A DNA stretch of 59,534 nucleotides, counting the filler, from Dugesia japonica (Eukaryota): assembly GCA_001938525.1 (NCBI GenBank). It is 6 parts of 6 records of this genome, joined end to end, with 100 filler letters (N's around TTAATTAATTAA, not from the genome) between each part and the next. Parts side by side here need not be neighbours in the genome. Positions count along the whole stretch, not along the records: positions 40,397 to 48,538 come from MQRL01648300.1; positions 48,639 to 59,534 come from MQRL01498732.1; 4 more parts are not named here. One strand, written 5' to 3'. This document shows positions 42,348 to 53,363 of this stretch, in pieces; position 1 is the stretch's first letter; each line of letters begins with the position of its first letter. The notes beneath the pieces are model-generated. The model was not told the origin of the DNA. It made no database searches and was given only the letters and a program-made list of their open reading frames with translations. The translations under genes and the position numbers were made by a program.

Positions 42348-43024
42348 CAAGAGTTTATATGAAAAAAATAAAAGTAACGCTAATAACAAACTAGTAAAAA
42401 ATTAACAATTTTATTAAAAGACGAAAGAACAAAAATTGAAATTACTGTTTCAATTTGGATCCGATTAATCTGTACTTTATTTCAGCTTGAATTCAAACTA
42501 GATTAAATTCAGTAATCTCTAGTTGCATGATCGAATTTGTGTAATTATCTATTTCATCCTCCTCGACTATATTCCTGTAATTTCATATTTCAAGTGCTCG
42601 TCAAGACAGATGCCGTCGTTTTGGGATTTTATTTTCCAATGCTATGCTAGGTAACCTGGGTTTCAGTCCTCCAAAATATGGTTAACGTTGCAGCCTCACC
42701 ATTGAGGCAATGTAACCTGTTCCACTGCTTATAATCCTCCTATTCTCCATGAAAGAACTTTCTCTATTTGGCATTATAAAATTCCTAGTTTTTTTTTCTT
42801 GCTTAAATCTTTTGCTCATTCATGAGGTTTGAGAGGTACTTTTAATATATTAATTGGTTTGCTTGAATCCAGTTTGAATTCAAACTGAAATAAAGTACAG
42901 ATTAATCGGATCCAAATTGAAACAGTAATTTCAATTTTTGTTCTTTTGTCTTTTAATAAAATTGTTAATTTTTTAACTAGTTTGTTATTAGCGTTACTTT
43001 TATTTTTTTTCATATAAACTCTCG
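42348..43024. mobile_element. Mariner-derived fold-back element/MITE with ~155-bp inverted repeats
   Basis: 42351-42505 is the near-perfect reverse complement of 42865-43021. The right end reads ..CTCG|TA. The interior has minus-strand remnants (IEKV..MENRRI) resembling the mariner at 28142. Confidence 0.8.
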
Positions 43025-46000
43025 TAGAATAAGTAAAATATTTTAAAATAACGTAATATACATCCCGGTTGTCCCAACATTGGTCTAGGAGACTCTGTCG
43101 GGCTAAACAGACTTCCTTATCGAATAAAATATAAAATAATTTTTATATTAATAGATAAAATACTGATATTCAGATAACTTAACTTTACATAAGGTTTTAA
43201 GGACTCCAGTAATGACAAAGAACTCTAATCATAATAATATGTCAAACACAACATCCAATCAAAACTATACTATTAATCTTACCCTCTAGTTTTCGGTATC
43301 AGTTTTGTTAAAAGAAAGAAAATAATAATATTTCTTTTTTATGATTCGTTATTATTTCTTGAAATTTTAAATTTCTTAGAATTTTACTTTTACATTTTCC
43401 TTATTTCCTTGTTTATACTTGATTTCAGTGTTTCTAATCGTTATTTCAATTTTTATGAATTTCTATGTAATTAGATTTTCTTTTAATATATATACTTAAT
43501 TAAGCTTTTATACTAACTCTTTAAATCAAATGTCACAAATCTTTACAATTTATTAAGATTTAACTATTATTTTAGAAAATTAATCAAAATATTTTTTTTC
43601 TCCAAAGAACAAGAATAACAATTGTTTAAATCAGTAATAATTTTATCTTATCATTTAAAATGTCAAAATTTTTTATTAGTAATAATATTGTTGGGGTGAA
43701 ACAGTCGATTAATAAAGAAAACAAAGGCCAGGGGCCCAAATTCTAATAATAACGAAGTAATACGTAGGAAAGAAACCCAGTTAAGAATGACAGTTGCAGC
43801 GGAAAGAATGTGATAATTAATAACAAAGGCAGCCAAACCGAAAAAAAAGATTTCGAATAATCATTACAGCTAAAAAATTAATCAAAATAGAAAGATGGTG
43901 GCGAAGATCTCGGGTGAACAAATCTAACCCACATCGATCACAATAATTAAAAGAAATTAATAATTCGATAATGAAAACCAGTAAAATTATTACGAAAAAA
44001 TAATTAATTATCGGAAAAATATTAATTAATTTCGAAATAAAATAAATTTGAATTAGACATAAAAAATCAGTTTTTTATGAATATCTCTGCCCAGGATATT
44101 CGCAAAGACTCGGAGAAAGAAAATCTGGAAAGGGCAAGATCGGGGGCAATATAATTTGGCTATTAAGAAACCAGGTCGTCATTAGGAAGACCCCTGTAAG
44201 TGTCTGGAAAACGAACCAATGAGGGGGTGAAAAATAAAAATAGAACAAAGCCCCGATGGTCACATGGCGTTCCAAAAATAGACGCCAATGAGAATTCTAA
44301 AACTCTGCAAAAAAATCTAAAAATTAGTACCACCGCCAATGAAAACCGAAGGTTCCAAGTCAAAAATAGACCATCAATTATGATGATGTCGGGGTGCAAC
44401 GAGAAAACTATAAAAGGCGCTCAGAATTTAGTCAAAAAAATTGCTCAAAAAAATTTTTCAACTTATTGGTAACCAAGGCGTGCCAGTCATTTTATCAAAG
44501 GAAAGTTGACTATTAAAATCACGTTTGAACGAATTATTGTCAGAAGAGCTTAGCTAATTTTAGACACCAGTTATCGCGCACCACTATTTGGTATTGCTCG
44601 ATTCAGTTAAAGAATAATCAAGTAATCCTAATCTCACTTTGATCAAGACTAATTTTAATTGTAAAGAAAACCAAAGGACTCTTATAACAAAGGATATTCC
44701 CTGTACTAATACAAATCGACACTGGTAATAAGAATATTTTCGAGAAACCATTGCAGAAATCTCAAGAATTTAAATTGAAAGTAAAATTTTTATTGTACTT
44801 AATGTTTAATTATTAGCTTGTTATTCGATAATATATGTTTATCGTATAAATGATGTTGTACCAATAAATAAATGAAACCAATTTTCTAACTTATATTTTG
44901 TTTAAAGCAAACCAACCAATAATTTTTTCTGAATTACAACATTGAAATTCGGTCGAGTTTGTAATTAATATTTCATCCTGATTGTTTTTGAGACGGAGAA
45001 TAATATCCGCATACACATAGGAATAGCTATTAAATCCAGAATTGAATTAGTTCACTGAGATCGAATTAGAATTTCTAGCAAGACAATCACAAGTGGTGCA
45101 CATGCATCAATTAATAATCCCAGATGATCGATTAATAAGTAGCGCCATGATTTCCAATATATTTTTGTTTCTTTTTTCCTCCATTAGTTTACTCACACTG
45201 TACCAACAAAATCTGTTCATAAGTCTAGGCTACCAGATAGACCGGTTTTATCACTGAAGGCACACTGGCAATGGAATGTGGCCGACTGGCATTAATAACA
45301 TCACTAATTGGAGATAGTAGTGTGTATGACTAATCAAATCCTAGTGTCATTGTTTCGTTCCAACACTAATAACTCTCGCAGTTACACACTAACGGATCAT
45401 CTAAATTACTGACGATAATTTCCAGTAGAATAGTATTGGCATTAATATATAAAGAAACTAATAACCTTCTAATTATTACCTCATCCCAGGTATCTACCAT
45501 CTTTAATAATAGTACTATATTTAATATTATTACTCATTATTATTTATCCCTATTATTATTATTAGTTCTTATTATGGATAATCCATTTACCAAAATTGTG
45601 GTTAATATTCTGCGTATTTTTAAGAGTATTATTATTTTATAGACATTATTAGGGTAAATGTGGTTATCAGTAATATTAAAATGTGATGTTAAACTAAGTG
45701 TAATATGGATAAATTATTGATCATTAATGACAATATCTAAATTGCCATCATCATTGAATTTATTCCTACTGTTAACGTTAATAGAAATAGTAATATCAAT
45801 CTCAACATTATTATTAGCCTTACGATTGATTTTTCAAACATCAGTATGGACGCATGGGTAAAATAAAAATAATTTTGTTACAAAATTTATTACCAGTATA
45901 ACCAACTTATGCGACATTACTTTTACTATTAATACAACTGTTCGGTCTCTAAGTATGAGAATGATGATTGGTATTATTATTATTATCAATACTGTCCAGT

Positions 46001-46142
46001 ATTTGACACAAGAGGGGATGCTACTGGTATTAAAAGATTTATTTTTGGTATTTCATCATGTATCCGAAATCGTTAAGTTATAAACCGAAAAATGCAGATA
46101 CGACAAGACTGACCAAAGTTAAGATTTCATTCCATTTAGATC

Positions 46143-47088
46143 ATGTCAGACCATCTAAGCAACACCCTACGTCTCATTCGGAAACAGCGAAAAACGACCA
46201 GGCTAAGGCAATTGTTGGCCCACCTATTGAATCCCGGGCATATTGAACATCCCGACGAAACGGATTTGTGTTGTTTCGTCGAGATGTTTCCCCAGAAATC
46301 AAACGTGGATCTCGATGATGAAAATCGGCTGTTTATCTAATTCCAATTTGATCAAAATAAATCATTAGTTAAAATTATTGTAATCAATCATGTAATCGAT
46401 GTGGTGTTTTGTATTACATTTAATTTACAGACTAGAAATAATTTAGATGGAATGTGTGGGAATCACTCTTTGACAAACGTACCAACAGAGTAGTTTTCCG
46501 CAGGTATTGGAATCCTCACGACCGGGACGCAGGAATTTTAGCCGATTATTCGAACTTGTCACCGGAAGACGCCGAGAACCAACGCCATGGGAATGAGACC
46601 AAACGACGTGCGTTCTATGCATGGAGTGGCCCTGACAGCACCAGGGAAGTGTACCATGCTGTTTCAAATCGCCAAGTAACTGAGAATGGCCACACTCGAA
46701 GTATCAGTGAGTGGCGAGAAGGCCCCTCCTTTATCAAGTATCTGCTGCTCACTTGCCCCCTTCCATGGTTATAAGTGCCAGTATCAGCGATACGTTATGG
46801 GAGTTGAGAAATCGTGTCGATAACCGAACGTGCCTTACTCAAACACCTTACACACGCAACAAATTAATAAAAAAGCTGGACCACATCGTTAAAAAGCAGG
46901 GAGATCTCATGGAACAAACGAAACAACTCCTTCAAAATAAGATCGATTTTTTAAAAATGTACATCGCGGATCTATTCCGCCAGTTAGGTAATGCGTCATG
47001 GTTGCAATGGGATGATAATGCTGTATTTGATTTTATTCAAGAGGAGCCTACCCAGTGGTTAGACCCGGGTGTTCTCGAGGAGATGTGA
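46143..47088 (+). CDS. Orphan ORF chain (46143-46340, 46447-46774, 46711-47088), possibly one spliced/frameshifted gene
   Basis: Locally GC-richer, protein-like composition, with an intron-like AT-rich GT..AG segment at ~46380-46446. No recognised domain. Confidence 0.4.
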
Positions 47089-47351
47089 TTTATAAAATAA
47101 TACATATTAATGCTAACATTTTGCTTATTTATTTGATGACTCCAGTGATAGGGAAATGAATACGAACCCAAACTAAAGGTGTACGAGTGTGAACCTCAAG
47201 TAAGTATTAGAGGTCAACCGCTCTGCACTGAATATCTAATCTAGGGACGTTAGATTTAAATTCTTGAAGGGGATCCCTTGAAGGCCATTTTATCCCCGGC
47301 CAGCGTTTCTTTTCACCATCAACTCAGGTGGAACGCCAACAATATTTAAAA

Positions 47352-47695
47352 ATGGATAATTGCATTAATGTGTTCGTAGCTGGGGGAGAAAAACGATATT
47401 ATAAAGTAAGATTAATTACAAATTTAATATTTAGGTAAAAACTCAATCTTGGGTTAATAAAATTCTAAAGGTCAAATATGATCATATTATTGGGATAAAT
47501 TTTGATGTTGATCCAAATACAGTTTATCAAGAATATTTCTTGAAGAAGACTAATGAAAAATATGAGTATCATATTAATGACGACGTTTTAGTCAAAGATC
47601 TCAAATCATTAAATATGTTTCGTCCCGCCAAAATAATAGAGTGTCTGGATTCTGATGCCATAATAAAATATAAATTGTCTGAAATCAAAACATAA
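47352..47695 (+). CDS. Small spliced ORF (exons 47352-47405, 47435-47695; 104 aa) with a Tudor/SH3-like C-terminal pattern
   Basis: ATG..YYK|GTAAG..(29 nt)..TTTAG|VKTQSW.. stays open for 86 codons. YHINDDVLVKD..FRPAKIIE resembles beta-barrel (Tudor-like) signatures. Not present in the ORF track. Confidence 0.45.
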
Positions 47696-48638
47696 AAACT
47701 TGATTATACTTTAATAATACCCATGCCAAGTTTTATTTCGCCGACTGTGAGATTTTTCAAGGAAATATGTTAAAGATAAATGGCAAATATCCCTATGAAA
47801 AATATGAAGATGAGAACTCAATTAATTAATTTAGTCCATCAAATTCGTCCATCAGATTTAGTTGGAAACTCAGGTTTGAAAGCAGTTCTAAGGGGATCGA
47901 TATTACTGGCAATATATGAAATGGATTCGGTGCAGTTTATTCTGTTATTAAGTGATGTTAATAATCACGAAGTAAATCACCACTTCACGTCTTCTCTCGT
48001 CCAACTTATCAATACAATAACTTACTCAATATCGAAGAATAGTTTAATCCTTGCATATTTAATGATCCATGTCACAACAGTATCCCCTCTAGCTTTCACG
48101 ACATAAGCTGTCCTTTCTTCATCTTATTCTTGACGACTCAAGATGCAGGATCATCTTCGTCTGAGTGGAGTATATTTTTGGGGGAAAAAAACAATTAAAA
48201 CCCGCAACAATAGCCATAAACACGCAACACAAAACATAACATCAAATAATCATATAATACAAATATATACATGCAAACAGACACAACAAACAGTTCAAAC
48301 AAATCACGACATGAACCATCAGATCAATAATCACTTTAGTCTGCTCTAGAAACTTAATAAGAATAGTAATCAACTCAATTTCTCTAGATGTTGTTCGATT
48401 TAACATTTCAATCTTGTCAAACATTAAATATGATTCTTTATATATATTCTTTATGTATATTAAATTTGACCAAAAGTCATCTCCTTGAAAAAATTTTATT
48501 ATTTCTAACGACAATGAATTCTAATCCAACAACAAACANNNNNNNNNNNNNNNNNNNNNNNNNNNNNNNNNNNNNNNNNNNNTTAATTAATTAANNNNNN
48601 NNNNNNNNNNNNNNNNNNNNNNNNNNNNNNNNNNNNNN

Positions 48639-48690
<52 letters not shown>

Positions 48691-48731
48691 GTATAATAAT
48701 AATAATGATAATAATATTAATAATAATAATA
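48639..48731. repeat. (ATA)n microsatellite at contig start
   Basis: Seen directly. Confidence 0.9.
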
Positions 48732-48942
48732 TTCCCGGGTTCAAATCCATTAGTTTTTTTATCGATTTTTCAACAACTTGTCAATAACATACATTAAACT
48801 TAAATTTCAATTACTTTTTAATATAATTCTTTACATGTTTAATGGATTTATTAACATGATTATATTTATTAATTCATTCTACTTCATATAGATGAGTACA
48901 ATACATTAGGCAAGATCTGAGTATGTTCTATATCATTTAGTT

Positions 48943-49815
48943 CAGTGGTCTTCAACCTTTTTAAGCCTAACACCCACTTTGGTTATATTTTCATCTATGA
49001 ATAAGTCTACCGTCTACTTAAATATACAAAACTTATTAAAATCCAAATAACAAGTAGAATTTTATATGACGGATACAAAAGTGTTAGAGATTTTTTAGTC
49101 AATGAGCCGATGCACCTGCCAAAGAGTAAATATCTGGTTTCAGGTGAATGAGGATTGCTTATTTGATTGATGAGAAAATTAGTTACTGCACGAGACGAGG
49201 TCAAATGTGGGAAATACTAATATTAGGAATTTCATTTTTGCCATAGGTTTGGATAGACTTGACATTTCCTTGCCCTGCCAATTTTTGGTATACAGTTGCT
49301 GTAAAAGAAATGTGTAACCTCATCACTTTGCAATTCCAACAATTCATCTTGAACTTAAACTACTGCACTTTACTTTTAGTTCAAACACATGGCACAATGC
49401 TAAAGGTCCGTATATTACATTTGTGTACTTTTGTGAAACATCATGGTCATTGTTTTTTGTTCCTTGAATTGTTTATACAGAATTTCAAAATATTCCAGTG
49501 GCTTATCTTTTTTGTTTGAGTGCATGAAATATAAATTTACTTGATGGCTTTTATATTATCATTTGAAAATGTGTGTTTTCAAAAAAGTCACATTGGGATA
49601 TGCTTGCTACTAAGAATCTTAAAAATCCATTCGGGAGATAGTCCAATAAATACGGTCGACAAGCCTTACTGTTTGATGGCATGTCCTCATTATCTCTTAT
49701 ATAAATCATACTCAAATAAGTGTATTTTTAAAGTATTTAAGTCTACTATTTCTACTCGCAGTGTGCTTAGCGCCCACTTAAAATTTTCTAACCCCCAATA
49801 ATGGGCGATATTATC
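48943..49815 (-). mobile_element. Decayed hAT (Charlie/Buster-like) element
   Basis: Terminus CAGTGGTCTTCAACCT at 48943. Minus-strand remnants resemble the hAT C-terminal dimerisation region. The other terminus is unclear. Confidence 0.5.
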
Positions 49816-50425
49816 CAAGTTCTAGTTATTTAAAAGTATTTTGTTTTTGGTTTTCTGGTTTCAAGAAATTAATGCAGTTAATATCAAAGTTGACAGGACA
49901 AATTACAAATAAGTTATACCTTTAAAGTTTGAAAGGAAAGAGATCATCATTTCTTTGGAGAACCAATATTAACATATTAATTCCAAGTGCAAAATATCCT
50001 CATACATTTTCACCAATCATATAGCATAATGTTTTATTCAAACCATTTATGTTTGATAACAGGTTGTGTCAATTGACCGAAGTCCAGTTACAGCTTTCTC
50101 ATACACAATCCGTTTTTAATAGCAAGTGACAATTTTTTTGAAGAAACGGTCAGCTTGGGTATTGACAAGAAATTTATGATACCCTCACAAGACCCATTTT
50201 TATTACGTTGGAGTCAAATCATGTGGTGCCACTCTTCAGATTCCGTTTACTTTCATGAGAAGAATGCAGTAACGATATATTAATTGTCAGAAATGTGTTA
50301 GTTATGGGATTGGCTTTTATGGATTTGATAAAATAACTGGCCTTCACCGTTGTTTGTTTTCACTTAGACTAGCATCTTCAATAGTGTAGCGTCTAAATCA
50401 GATTGATATTTTAACATTGCTAGTA

Positions 50426-52134
50426 CCGTGTTTTCCTAACTAAAAAACACTGCCTTCTATTTCCAGCCTTTCAAAATTGTATAAAAATAGGTACACCGCC
50501 TTTTATTTGGGTACTGCCTTCTATTAAATTTCTATAAAAATTAGAAAGAATGTTTATAATTATTTTGTTTTTTGTAAATGTAAAAAAAAATATTTATAAT
50601 TTTATTAATGATAATATAATTTATTCATCAATCACAAATACATCGTCAGCTTCTTCTTAAAAGGCATCTGTCATCACTTGTATCATATTTTGGCTATCAA
50701 CAAGAGAACCAAACTTTTCATGCTTCATGATTGCCGAAAGAAGATACATGTATGAAGCAATCAACACATTGTTAACTACTTCAGGTGTTATTTTATCCCA
50801 GGCATTTTTATTCCACGTCGTGACTTCATCAAGACTTGGCTTGATAGGATTCCCTCTTACATTTCTCTTCATACGGTGTTCAATGAAATCATTAATTTCA
50901 TCTCTAAGATAAATCTTGAATGAATGGTTAATTACCAAATCAAGACTTTGAAGATATGCCGTAAGGCCAGATGGTATTATAATAGAATCGATCTTTCTAA
51001 TGCGCAAATTCTCCTCCATGCCCTTTGCACGATGAGTGGATGCGGAGCCCAAAAAAAGAAGACGTCTCATGTTATTAAAAAATCCTGATTTGAGATTTCT
51101 GTCCAACCATTGTTTGATAATTTCTTGAGTTGCCCAGCCTTTTTCGCATTCAACAATATCGATACCGTTAATACTTGAAATTCCATTATTTTTCCATTAG
51201 AAATGATCATCGGTGTAACCTTTGTACTATTACGCCTTATTGCCAAAATACATGTAACTCTAAATGACCCGGTTGCTGCAATATAAATAGAACCTTTTCT
51301 CGTCATGTCAACTGTTCTTTGATTGATATTTCCATAATATACTGCTTTTTCATCCATGCATATAATATTAGAATTACTTTAGTTTGTTAAATTCGTATCT
51401 TCAATAAACTTCTTGAAAAACAAAGCTCGTGCAACAACCTGATCATCTTGAATTTTAAACAGGGTTGTCGGTGCACGCAAAGACAAATGAAATCTCTTCA
51501 CGAAGTTAGAAAGCCAATGAGAACTCGCCTTAAATACACTTCGCAAGTTGAAGTGTAAACGCCTGGATATATCCGCGAATCACCATCAATCCACGGCTGC
51601 GTTTGTCTACAATCATGTCGAAGATATTGTCCTCCAGTTCTTCAATGATTGACTTGCGGCCAGCTCCGGACTTTCTACATTTCATATACTGATAACCCAA
51701 ATGTTCCTCCCCGACATCACTTTTCCATTTTGAAATTAGTCTGATATGAATGTTATTCTTTTTTGACACTCCAGAAAGTGACTTATGTTCGAGTTTGCTG
51801 ACAATCTCTTTTTTATACTCAATGCTATATGATTTTCTTCTGTTGGTCATTAATTAACGGCTTGGTAATATAAACGTTTTAAATAATGGGTATATAAAAT
51901 TTATTGGCAATCGATTTTAAGAAAATAATCTATAAAATATATTATGTTGTCTTTTCAACTTTTGTCAAGATGGCTCATTGACATTATTTTGCTCCTTTGA
52001 ATACTNTTAATTATTGAAATTCTTTATTAAAATCTATACCGCCTTCTATTCGGGCACTGCCTTCTATTTCCAAATATTATAAAATTCGCTACTGCATTAT
52101 ATTCGAGTACTTCCTTCAAATAGGGAAAACACGG
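50426..52134 (-). mobile_element. pogo/Tigger-type DNA transposon (1.7 kb), frameshifted transposase
   Basis: TA|CCGTGTTTTCC ... GGAAAACACGG|TA. Brinker-like DBD (RRKSYSIEYKKEIV), CENP-B HTH, and DDE_1 motifs (MDEKAV, IPSGLTAYLQSLDLVIN..FK). Subterminal (C/T)GCCTTCTATT repeats. Confidence 0.92.
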
Positions 52135-53363
52135 TAGTTACCTTTCTTAGCACAAACTTTGGCATATGCTGTTTGCGTACTAAGTGATATCTAATTAAGG
52201 ATGTAAGTATAAACACGAAACAGTCGATAAACAATTTCTACCATAAACTTATTTGTAAAACTAAATACGGGGTTATGTGACAGAAAAAAAGTCAATAAAA
52301 ACTAATTTACTTAACGGTTATCCTATTATTTGCTGTATTTATTTTTCTGCTATTGAAACATTGAAAATACCTTTTGTTTGTCAAATTCAAAACGATTAAT
52401 GATCTGTTGAATGCTAAAATGGAATATTCTTATACCTATTTTTTTTATATTTATATTATTATTTTCGTATACATTTAAATTATATCTTCATTTATTTTAA
52501 ATGCAATTATTAGTATTAATTTTGTTTAATATTTTCTATTTTAATTATTAATTATAATGAATTAATTTAATCATTAATTAAATTGAAAATTAAATTAACC
52601 AGGTTCTTTAATATAATAAAAAACATAAACTAAAAATAATTAAATTAAACTAAGAGAAATAAAAACGAATCAGTTTTTTTTCAGATTATAAGAAATATAT
52701 TTCATATCAAAATAAAGGTGCTGAAAATGGAATTAGACTCGCGACAGTGAAAATTAACGCGAATTTTCTTTGATGATACGAATATAATTAATCAGAAATA
52801 ATGGATAAAAATTGTAAAAAAAAATAATTCAACTTTTATTATATAAATTCATTTTTTTAATTTATTTTGAAAAATAAATTTTATATTTTTAAAATTACAT
52901 TTTTTTTAAAAGATTTCATTTTAATTTATGATATTTTCATCCTCTGCATATTACGATAATTGAAAATCTTCTGTTATCATTTTAAAATTATTTTTATCGT
53001 TTTCATTGTCATAATAGACTTTGATTAAAATTTTTTAATTAAAATGTTTAAATTAATCGGTTATTTATTGAATATTGAAGAATTTTTGCATATTCGAAAT
53101 AAAACTAAATATTTGTAATTTGTTTTAGTTAAAAGTTTTTTTAAAAACATTTTGCTTATTAGAACAATTAGATTCTTCCAATTGAAAATGTCGATTGTAG
53201 TTTTCTATTTGTTAATAGCAATTCAAACAAAGGTCATTTGTTTTTGTTTAAATTAAGTGAAATTAACGATTTTTGTTTAAATTGATTTTCTTCATAAAAA
53301 ATTTATGTAATTATTTTTAATTAAATTTAAAATTAAGTAAAATTAATTAAATCCAATCAAAGT

